From positions 1 to 52,694 of the forward strand of contig JAZQDN010000089.1 of NCBI GenBank assembly GCA_045546815.1: 52,694 bases of DNA, read 5' to 3'. Positions 36,392 through 44,598 of the stretch are shown in pieces. Source of the DNA: Eubacteriales bacterium. GTDB taxonomy: Bacteria; Bacillota; Clostridia; Oscillospirales; QAKW01. Made by a program: the position numbers and the translations under genes. A model generated the notes under the pieces. The model was not told the DNA's origin, did not search any database, and was given only the letters and a program-made list of their open reading frames with translations. Each line of letters begins with the position of its first letter. Position 1 is the first letter of the stretch.

Positions 36392-38620
36392 ATGATAAAA
36401 ATACAAAAAGCCGAATTTATATCACACGAAAAGAGCAGCAAGGACGGCGGTGTTGCCCACTTCAGAAAAGAATTTACAGCTAAAAATATTAAAAAAGCAA
36501 CGCTTTATATCTCTGCGCACGGTCTTTATGAGGCACATATAAACGGCGCTCGTGTTGGCAACTTCGTGCTCGCACCGGGATACACAAGTGACCGCAACCG
36601 CATACAGTATCAAGAATATGACATTACCGATATGCTGTCTGACAATAACGTAATCGACGTTGAGGTCAATCACGGCTGGATTGACGATATGTCGTGGTTT
36701 CGCATCAAATCGCTTCAGTTCCCAAAGCTTATTGCACTAATCGAGCTTGTAGACTGTGACGGAAACGTTACCGAAATTATAACCGACGAAAGCTGGCAGG
36801 TATGCACAACACCCGTTGTATCGGCAAACATATACGACGGGGAGGTGTACGACGCACGTATCACACCCACACCCACGGGCGAATTTGCACATCGCAATAG
36901 AAACCTTGCAAAGCAGCGCCTTATGGCACAACAGGGTGAGTATATCGTTGAGCACGAAAGTTATCCCGCTCTTGAGGTGATCCACACCCCCGCGGGCGAA
37001 ACAGTGCTCGACTTCGGCTACAACCTCGTAGGCTACGTTGAGCTTACATTAGAGAATGCAAAAGCAGGCGACGAGGTCAGCTTTTCATTTGCAGAGGTAC
37101 TTGATAAGCACGGCAACTTTTACACAGAAAACCTGCGTACTGCAAAAGAGCAGATAACCTATATCGCAAAGGACGGCTATCAGACCTATAAGCCGCACTT
37201 CACTTTTATGGGCGGACGTTACGTAAGACTTGACAAATACCCCTACGAAATCAAAAAAGAAAACTTTAAGTTTATCGTCGTTCACTCGGATATGAAGCGC
37301 ACAGGTCATTTTGAGTGTTCGAGCGAGATGCTCAATAAGCTCTATGACAACATTATCCGCGGTCAGCGCGGCAACTACGTCGACGTACCCACCGACTGCC
37401 CGCAGCGCGACGAGCGCCTCGGCTGGACCGCCGACACACAGGTGTTTGTAAAGACGGGAGCATACAATTTTGATATTGAAAAGTTTATGGACAAGTGGCT
37501 GTACGACCTTATGCTTGATCAGCGCGGCGACGGCTCGGTGCCCTCTGTTATCCCCAACGTGTTCGGCGCAACTGAGGACTACCGTTCGTGCGTGTGGATG
37601 GATGCAGCGACCGTCTGCCCGTGGCAGATGTACGTTATGTACGGCAGCCGCGAGCTTCTTTTACGTCAGTTTGAGTCAATGCAGCGCTACGTAAACTATA
37701 TCGACCGCTTTGGCGGCGACAAATATATGTGGAACGGCGAGTTCCGCCACTACGGCGACTGGCTCGCGCTCGACCTTGTTGACACGAGTGTTATCGGCAG
37801 TGCAAAGGCGGGCTCTTCTGATAAAAACAAAGGCGGTACCGACCACAAGTACATCGCACAGGTGTGCTTTGCGATGTCTACCGAGATACTCATAAAATCG
37901 GGTAAAGCACTCGGCATTGACGTATCATATTATGAAGATTTATATAAGGGCATTGTTGACGCATTCCGCAAAAACTACATCGTAGACGGACTGCCCGTTT
38001 GCCATACACAGACCGCCTGCGTGCTCGCGCTTCACTTCAATATGTGTGAGCAAAGCGACCGCGAAGGCATCGCAAACCTTCTTTGCGAGCTTATCCACGA
38101 GCGCGGCGACACACTGACAACCGGCTTTGTCGGCACACCCTATCTTTTACACGCGCTTACAAATACAGGCCATGCCGACCTTGCGTACACGCTTGCTCTA
38201 CAGGAAAAATATCCGTCGTGGCTGTACTCTGTAAGAATGGGCGCGACAACCATCTGGGAGCACTGGGACGGCATTGACGAAAACGGCGATATCTGGAGCG
38301 CGTCGATGAACTCGTTCAACCACTACGCCTACGGCTCTATCGGTGAGTGGATGTACGGCACTATGGCAGGTATCGACGCCGATGAAAACGCACCCGGCTT
38401 TAAAAACATAAAGCTTGCACCCGTTCCCGACAAGCGTATCACCTACGTAAAGGCGTCGCTCGACACCCGCCACGGCACAGTTAAATCGGAGTGGCATATT
38501 GACGGCGACACCGTAACCTATAATTTTGTCGTACCCGAGGGTGCGACCGCCGATATCACGGTTGATGGCAAAACCGAGCACGTGGGCGGCGGCGAATACA
38601 CTTACACAAGCAAAATATGA
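36392..38620 (+). CDS. GH78-family alpha-L-rhamnosidase (cytoplasmic)
   Basis: Start set to ATG 36392 (AGGAGG overlaps the lepA stop). Motif VPTDCPQRDERLGWTADTQVF is diagnostic of GH78. No signal peptide. Confidence 0.8.
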   Translation: MIKIQKAEFISHEKSSKDGGVAHFRKEFTAKNIKKATLYISAHGLYEAHINGARVGNFVLAPGYTSDRNRIQYQEYDITDMLSDNNVIDVEVNHGWIDDMSWFRIKSLQFPKLIALIELVDCDGNVTEIITDESWQVCTTPVVSANIYDGEVYDARITPTPTGEFAHRNRNLAKQRLMAQQGEYIVEHESYPALEVIHTPAGETVLDFGYNLVGYVELTLENAKAGDEVSFSFAEVLDKHGNFYTENLRTAKEQITYIAKDGYQTYKPHFTFMGGRYVRLDKYPYEIKKENFKFIVVHSDMKRTGHFECSSEMLNKLYDNIIRGQRGNYVDVPTDCPQRDERLGWTADTQVFVKTGAYNFDIEKFMDKWLYDLMLDQRGDGSVPSVIPNVFGATEDYRSCVWMDAATVCPWQMYVMYGSRELLLRQFESMQRYVNYIDRFGGDKYMWNGEFRHYGDWLALDLVDTSVIGSAKAGSSDKNKGGTDHKYIAQVCFAMSTEILIKSGKALGIDVSYYEDLYKGIVDAFRKNYIVDGLPVCHTQTACVLALHFNMCEQSDREGIANLLCELIHERGDTLTTGFVGTPYLLHALTNTGHADLAYTLALQEKYPSWLYSVRMGATTIWEHWDGIDENGDIWSASMNSFNHYAYGSIGEWMYGTMAGIDADENAPGFKNIKLAPVPDKRITYVKASLDTRHGTVKSEWHIDGDTVTYNFVVPEGATADITVDGKTEHVGGGEYTYTSKI

Positions 38621-39672
38621 TCTCTCTTTACATCCACATCCCCTTTTGCAAGAAAAAGTGTGACTACTGCACCTTTTACTCTGTAAGCGACGATTACAAA
38701 GAGGAATACACCGATGCGATTATACGCTGTGTAAAAAAGCACGGCGGTAAAACACTAAAATCAATATATATCGGCGGCGGCACACCTAGTGTGCTTTCCC
38801 CTTTACAGATATCGCGGATAACCGATGCTTTGTACAAGTATAACACCGTTAAAAGCGGTGCCGAGTTTACCGTTGAGTGCAACCCCGAAAGCATAAGCGC
38901 AGATTTTGTAAAAGCGTCGGGCGCAAACCGCATTTCAATGGGCTTTCAGTCGTTTTCCGATGACGAGCTCGGGCGCATCGGCAGACTGCACACCGCAGAC
39001 GACTGCGAACGTGCTGTAGATATATGCCGCGCCTGCGGTATTGACAACATAAGCGGTGATATCATCTTTGCTCTTCCCGACCAGTCGCTAAAGTCACTAA
39101 AATCAAATATCAAGCGGATGGTGGGGCTTGGCATCCCGCATATATCTGCGTATAACCTTCAGCTTGAGGAGGGCGCACCGATATGCAGGCTTGCCCACCT
39201 TGTGCCCGACGAGGACACGCAGGCAAAGATGTATTATCTTATCTGCGAAATGCTAAATGGCGAAGGCTACGGACACTACGAGGTGTCCAACTTTGCAAAG
39301 GACGGCTTTACGGCGCGCCATAACAGTGCCTATTGGGACGGCAGCGACTATCTGGGACTGGGTCCCGCGGCACACTCAAAGCTGGGCGACACACGCTGTT
39401 TTTTTGATGCGGATGTGAAAAAGTTTATAAACGGCGATTTTGAGTTTGACGGCAGCGAAAAAATAACCGACCCGCTGTTTGAAAAAATTATGCTGTCACT
39501 GCGCACATCGCGCGGGCTTTCGCTGAAATATTTAAAAAACAGCGACCAATTTATAAAAAATCTTATAAACGAGGACTTTGCAAAAATCGACAACGGAAAT
39601 GTTGTTTTGACAGACAAAGGCTTTTATCTTTCTAATTCTATTATTGCAGAGCTAACTGCAAGGGAGTGCTAA
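38617..39672 (+). CDS. hemW: Radical SAM heme chaperone HemW (HemN-like)
   Basis: YIHIPFCKKKCDYCTF radical-SAM motif and HemN C-terminal domain. 351 aa. Confidence 0.85.
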   Translation: MISLYIHIPFCKKKCDYCTFYSVSDDYKEEYTDAIIRCVKKHGGKTLKSIYIGGGTPSVLSPLQISRITDALYKYNTVKSGAEFTVECNPESISADFVKASGANRISMGFQSFSDDELGRIGRLHTADDCERAVDICRACGIDNISGDIIFALPDQSLKSLKSNIKRMVGLGIPHISAYNLQLEEGAPICRLAHLVPDEDTQAKMYYLICEMLNGEGYGHYEVSNFAKDGFTARHNSAYWDGSDYLGLGPAAHSKLGDTRCFFDADVKKFINGDFEFDGSEKITDPLFEKIMLSLRTSRGLSLKYLKNSDQFIKNLINEDFAKIDNGNVVLTDKGFYLSNSIIAELTAREC

Positions 39673-39673
39673 A

Positions 39674-39925
39674 ATGACTTATACTTATAAAACAAAGGGC
39701 GTCTGCTCAAGAGCTATACAGATCGAGCTTGAGGACGGCGTTATAAAATCGTGCGCGTTTGAGGGCGGCTGTAACGGCAACACACAGGGAATCTCCGCGC
39801 TTGTTGTGGGAATGGACGCAGACGAGGCAATCGACAGACTTGAGGGCATCACCTGCGGCTATAAATCAACGTCCTGCCCCGACCAGCTCGCGACTGCGCT
39901 GAAAGAGATGTTGGAACAATGCTAG
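39674..39925 (+). CDS. Stand-alone TSCPD-domain protein (TIGR03905-like)
   Basis: 83 aa containing the literal TSCPD motif (YKSTSCPDQLA) plus upstream Cys residues (GVCS, GGCNGN). Confidence 0.75.
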   Translation: MTYTYKTKGVCSRAIQIELEDGVIKSCAFEGGCNGNTQGISALVVGMDADEAIDRLEGITCGYKSTSCPDQLATALKEMLEQC

Positions 39926-41124
39926 AGCTTCTTTCGCCTGCGGGCAATTTTGAAAAACTGAAGGCGGCGGTACACTACGGTGCAGATGCCGTCTACCTTG
40001 CGGGAAAGCGCTTTGGTATGCGCGCGTTTGCCGACTGCTTTGATATAGACGAGCTGCGCGCGGCAACAGACTACGCTCACGCCCGCGGCAAAAAGATCTA
40101 TCTTACGCTTAACACAATGCCGCATCCCGACGAGTACCCCGCGCTTGAAAGCTATCTTAAAGAGATTCACGGCATCCCGATTGACGCGTACATCATCGCG
40201 GATATGGGCGTTATGGCGCTGACAAAGCGTATATCGCCCGACAAGGAGATCCACATTTCGACGCAGGCGTCTGTCGTGTCGGCGGAGGGCGCAAATATGT
40301 ATGGCGCGCTCGGTGCAAAGCGCATTGTTTTGTCGCGCGAGCTCACCTTTGACGAAATACGCAAAATCCGTCGTGACACCAACCCCGACATTGAGCTTGA
40401 AGCGTTTGTTCACGGCGCAATGTGTATATCCTACAGCGGACGCTGTCTCATATCCAACCATTTTACAGGCAGGGACGCCAACCGCGGCGCGTGTGCACAG
40501 CCGTGCAGATGGGTCTATAACATATCCGAGGAAAAGCGCCCCGAAATGCCGCTCACAATGGAGCAGGGCGAAAACGGCACCTTCCTTTTCGGCTCAAAGG
40601 ACCTGTGTATGATAGAGCACATCCCCGAGCTTTGTGAAAGCGGTATCACCTCGTTTAAAATAGAAGGACGTATGAAAAGCGTCTACTACGCGGCAGTAAC
40701 CGCCAACTGCTACAGAATGGCAATTGACAGTTATCTTAAAGATAAAGAAAGCTACACCTTTAACCCCGCGTGGCTGTCAGAGCTTGAGAGCGTGTCCCAC
40801 CGCGAGTATGACACAGGCTTTTACTTTGACAAGCCCCTTGACGATGCAAAGGTGACAAACGACGTGGGTTATCTTAAGTCAAAAGCATACCTTGCCGACT
40901 GTATCGATTACAAGGACGGCATTGCCACCTTTGTACAAAAAAACAAGCTGTCGGTCGGCGAGCGTGTTGAGGTCATATCGCCCGGCAAAACGGGTGTGCC
41001 CTTTACCGTGACCGAAATGTTTGATATGCAGGGCAACAGCATTGAGAGCTGCCCCCATCCGTATATGGAGTTTAAAATGCCGGTGCCGTTTGAAATAGCA
41101 CCCGGCGACATAATAAGAGCGTAA
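39919..41124 (+). CDS. Peptidase U32 family protein (Fe-S, RlhA/TrhP/UbiU-like)
   Basis: MLELLSPAGN start. Cys motif C-x6-C-x15-C-x3-C (CISYSGRC...CAQPC) is characteristic of U32 proteins. Confidence 0.85.
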   Translation: MLELLSPAGNFEKLKAAVHYGADAVYLAGKRFGMRAFADCFDIDELRAATDYAHARGKKIYLTLNTMPHPDEYPALESYLKEIHGIPIDAYIIADMGVMALTKRISPDKEIHISTQASVVSAEGANMYGALGAKRIVLSRELTFDEIRKIRRDTNPDIELEAFVHGAMCISYSGRCLISNHFTGRDANRGACAQPCRWVYNISEEKRPEMPLTMEQGENGTFLFGSKDLCMIEHIPELCESGITSFKIEGRMKSVYYAAVTANCYRMAIDSYLKDKESYTFNPAWLSELESVSHREYDTGFYFDKPLDDAKVTNDVGYLKSKAYLADCIDYKDGIATFVQKNKLSVGERVEVISPGKTGVPFTVTEMFDMQGNSIESCPHPYMEFKMPVPFEIAPGDIIRA

Positions 41125-41137
41125 AACGAGGAAGATA

Positions 41138-42142
41138 ATGGCTGATTTATTATCATTCAAGTGTAAAAACTGCGGGGCCTCGGTATCATTTGACATTGAA
41201 AGTCAAAAAATGAAATGTCCGCATTGCGACAGTTTGTTTTCGGTGTATGATTTTAAAGACTCCAAAAGCGTATGGCAGGAGGATGAGGCCGACGACATAC
41301 GTCTTTTTGAGTGCGACTCGTGCGGCGGTCATGTTGCCACAAACAACACCGCAACGTCGGCTCGTTGTCCATACTGCGACGGAAACGTGGTTGTGCGCGG
41401 ACGTGTGACGGGCAAAAACCGTCCCGATTACATCATTCCGTTTAAGCTTGACAAAGCACAGGCGATACGGCAGTTAAGAAAGCATCTCAAAAACAAAAAG
41501 CTTTTGCCGAAAATTTTTAAAAGTGACGCTAAAATAAAAGAGTGCCGCGGAATTTACGTGCCGTTTTGGGTGTTTAGTACAAAAGCAGAATATGTCGCAG
41601 TAGTGAGCGCTGTAAGCGGTGATACCACGATTGACCTTACCTACAGGGTAAAAGCGCCCGTCAGAAATTTACCTGTTGACTGCAGCGAAAAAATACCCAA
41701 TGACATAACCGAATCGCTTGAACCGTTTGATTTCAGTAAGGCAATGCCGTTTATGCCAAGTTATCTTGCGGGGCATTTTGCTGATATGCACGACGCCGAC
41801 AAAGACGAATGCATAAAGCACGCGACCAAGCGCATTACAGACGGAATCAAGAAAAAAATTATTGAAGACGTCAGCAAAACCGGTAAATTTTATGACTTCA
41901 AAGAGTTTTATCCGCATTTTCACGACAGTTATGCGATGTATGCGCTTTTTCCCGTGTGGATTTTTAGCGTGTCGTGGAAAAAACGCCGCTACACCTTTGC
42001 CGTAAACGGACAAACGGGCAAGTTTGTGGGCAACCTGCCGTGCAGTTACAAGCAATTGTTTGCAATGTTTTTTAAAATATTCGGCGGGATTTTTGCCATA
42101 GGCTCAATTATTTTGCTGATAGCATCATTGGTGATAAAATGA
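41138..42142 (+). CDS. Double zinc-ribbon protein with C-terminal TM anchor (YdjG-like)
   Basis: Two CxxC...CxxC ribbons (CKNCG..CPHCD; CDSCG..CPYCD) and a C-terminal hydrophobic helix. 334 aa. Confidence 0.6.
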   Translation: MADLLSFKCKNCGASVSFDIESQKMKCPHCDSLFSVYDFKDSKSVWQEDEADDIRLFECDSCGGHVATNNTATSARCPYCDGNVVVRGRVTGKNRPDYIIPFKLDKAQAIRQLRKHLKNKKLLPKIFKSDAKIKECRGIYVPFWVFSTKAEYVAVVSAVSGDTTIDLTYRVKAPVRNLPVDCSEKIPNDITESLEPFDFSKAMPFMPSYLAGHFADMHDADKDECIKHATKRITDGIKKKIIEDVSKTGKFYDFKEFYPHFHDSYAMYALFPVWIFSVSWKKRRYTFAVNGQTGKFVGNLPCSYKQLFAMFFKIFGGIFAIGSIILLIASLVIK

Positions 42143-42846
42143 AAAAACCGATTATTTTATTATTAATAATAATTATGATGTTTTCCGTATGCGTGTCGGC
42201 AAATGCGGCATACGTGTACAACAAAAACGTGCACGATTATATAGATAGCATGGGCGATTATAAGTACGTGCTTGAGGATATGTCGCAGCAGATTGAACAA
42301 AAACACGGAATCGCTCCAAAGGTTATTGTAGAGAATTCTTACTATCACCCTCAGGAGATAATTGAAATATGTACGCGTTTTGACCCAAATGATTACGTCA
42401 TACTCAATATATCAACGTATGATGACGGAAGTTATCTGTCACATTCATTGCTATACCCCGATGAGTACGTCTCGGTTTTTGACAGTAAATTCAGCAAAAA
42501 AGTAACAAAGGCAATCAAGCCGTATGTGTCAGTCGGAGATTATTCGGGTGCAACAGAGAGCTTTTTAGAGGTCTTTGATAAGCATATCGAAAATGTAAAC
42601 AAACATCCTGTGAATGCGTGGCTTAAAAAACAGCTGTATAAGCATTATTTCCTGTTTATCGGCTTTGCCATTGTGTTTATGGTCGGGCTTATAACCGCCG
42701 TATCGGTTGTAAATTCGCACAAACGGAAGCTGAAAAATTTAAAAAGCGCCAGCGACGCATTTTACTACATCGACAGCGAATTTTTACAAATATCGGCATC
42801 ACGAGAAAAGCCCGAGAGCATTATCGACAGTATTTTTGATGTTTAG
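42139..42846 (+). CDS. Membrane protein with TPM-like extracytoplasmic domain (YdjH-like)
   Basis: Signal peptide, a ~150-aa domain ending in GDYSGATESFLEVF (TPM-like), a TM helix and a short cytoplasmic tail. Overlaps the previous stop by 4 nt. Confidence 0.45.
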   Translation: MKKPIILLLIIIMMFSVCVSANAAYVYNKNVHDYIDSMGDYKYVLEDMSQQIEQKHGIAPKVIVENSYYHPQEIIEICTRFDPNDYVILNISTYDDGSYLSHSLLYPDEYVSVFDSKFSKKVTKAIKPYVSVGDYSGATESFLEVFDKHIENVNKHPVNAWLKKQLYKHYFLFIGFAIVFMVGLITAVSVVNSHKRKLKNLKSASDAFYYIDSEFLQISASREKPESIIDSIFDV

Positions 42847-42935
42847 CCGGGCTGAAAATTTATAATTTTGGTTTTTCTATTTTAAAAATAAAAAATATAT
42901 GTTACCCTTTAATCAAGGCGACAAGGAGGTATTTT

Positions 42936-44594
42936 ATGATTAAAGTAAAAGCCGTATCAATGCTTGAAAAAGCACTAATGACAGACAATTTCTATGGTTT
43001 TGACCAGCTGCACACCATCAAGGCGGCACGCGGCGAGCGCGTTTCTTTTCAGGTTCTGATAAAGAATATATATGAAAAGAAAAGAAAGCTGTATACAAGG
43101 GTGCGTGTCGGCGACGAGTTTAAAAAATATGCACGTGTTGCCCGCGTAGGCCACGTGCCCGTTCAGCTTGCGACCACTCATCACAGATGTGACGAAAACT
43201 ACATATCAAAGGACCCCGGGCTTTTCCCCGATGTTCTGTACCCCATCACCGAGACAGACGACATCCCCTGCGGTTATCAGGTCGTGACGGCAGTTTGTGT
43301 CGTAATCGACCTGCCAAGAAACATAAAATCGGGTAAGCACACGATTGAAGTGTTTGTAACCGATGACCACGCGACCGAACACCCCGTTAAAATCGAGCTT
43401 GATGTCAAAAAGACAGTTATGCCCAAAAACGACCTTATTTTCACACAGTGGTTCCACTGCGACAGCATTGCATCGTACTTTAACGTGCCGATGATGAGCA
43501 AAAAGCACTGGGTGCTTATTGAGCACTTTATAAAGACCGCGGCACGCACAGGTATCACAATGCTGCTCACCCCAATGTTCACCCCGCCGCTTGACACACT
43601 TGTCGGCGGTGAGCGTCCCACAATGCAGCTTGTGGGCGTTAAAAAGAACGGCGAAAAATACGACTTTGACTTTACCCTTCTTGACAAATGGTTTAAGCTG
43701 TGCAAAAAATACGGCATCGAATACTTTGAAATGTCGCACCTTTACACACAGTGGGGTGTTACAAACTGTCCCAAGATTGTCGTAAACGAAGACGGCGAGG
43801 ACAAAAAGCTGTTTGGCTGGCACGTTGACGCGCACGGCGATATGTACAAAAACTTTTTGTCACAGTTTTTGCCCGCACTCACCTCGCACTTAAAAGAGCT
43901 CGGCATTGCCGACAAGTGCTATTTCCATATCTCCGACGAGCCGTCGGCTGACCCCGAAAAGCCCGACCTTGAAAACTACCGCAAGGCACGCGAGTTTATC
44001 TCGCCCTATCTTAAGGACTTTAAGATTATGGACGCGCTTTCAAACATCGACTTTTACGAAACGGGTCTTGTTGATATCCCCGTTTGCTCAACAGGTCATA
44101 TCGAGCCGTTTATGGAAAAGGACATCGACGAGCGCTGGACCTACTACTGCTGCGGACCTACCGACCAGAACTACTCAAACCGCTTTATCGCAATGCCCTC
44201 CTGCCGTACACGCGTAATCGGTATCCAGATGTACGCAAACGATATCGTCGGCTTTTTACAGTGGGGCTATAACTTCTACTACAGCGAGCGCTCAAGATAC
44301 AAGATCGACCCATATCAGATAACAGACGGCGACCATTCGTGGCCCGCAGGCGACCCCTTTTCTGTCTACCCCTACGAAAACGGTGCAATCGAGTCACTGC
44401 GTACCGTTGTGTTCTACGACGCTATTCAGGACAGAATGCTCCTTAAGGCACTCGAGGCTAAAATCGGCAAGGATGCTGTAAAGGCAAAGCTTACAGAGCT
44501 TGCAAACGGTGAAAAGATAACATTTAAAGACTATCCCACAGACAAAGCATTTATAACCCTCGTTCACGATACAGTACTTGATATGTTAGGATAA
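42936..44594 (+). CDS. DUF4091-domain protein (GH123-like putative glycosidase), cytoplasmic
   Basis: 552 aa, no signal peptide. CYFHISDEP carries an adjacent D-E pair as in DUF4091/GH123 as I recall it. Paralog of the next gene. Confidence 0.6.
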   Translation: MIKVKAVSMLEKALMTDNFYGFDQLHTIKAARGERVSFQVLIKNIYEKKRKLYTRVRVGDEFKKYARVARVGHVPVQLATTHHRCDENYISKDPGLFPDVLYPITETDDIPCGYQVVTAVCVVIDLPRNIKSGKHTIEVFVTDDHATEHPVKIELDVKKTVMPKNDLIFTQWFHCDSIASYFNVPMMSKKHWVLIEHFIKTAARTGITMLLTPMFTPPLDTLVGGERPTMQLVGVKKNGEKYDFDFTLLDKWFKLCKKYGIEYFEMSHLYTQWGVTNCPKIVVNEDGEDKKLFGWHVDAHGDMYKNFLSQFLPALTSHLKELGIADKCYFHISDEPSADPEKPDLENYRKAREFISPYLKDFKIMDALSNIDFYETGLVDIPVCSTGHIEPFMEKDIDERWTYYCCGPTDQNYSNRFIAMPSCRTRVIGIQMYANDIVGFLQWGYNFYYSERSRYKIDPYQITDGDHSWPAGDPFSVYPYENGAIESLRTVVFYDAIQDRMLLKALEAKIGKDAVKAKLTELANGEKITFKDYPTDKAFITLVHDTVLDMLG

Positions 44595-44598
44595 AAAT

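Noticed and set aside
43206-43835. Antisense ORFs at equivalent positions in both DUF4091 paralogs (43206-43835 and 44941-45477). Their recurrence might suggest a conserved overlapping gene.
   Set aside because: The recurrence is explained by paralogy of the sense genes. There are no start signals and the composition is not protein-like.
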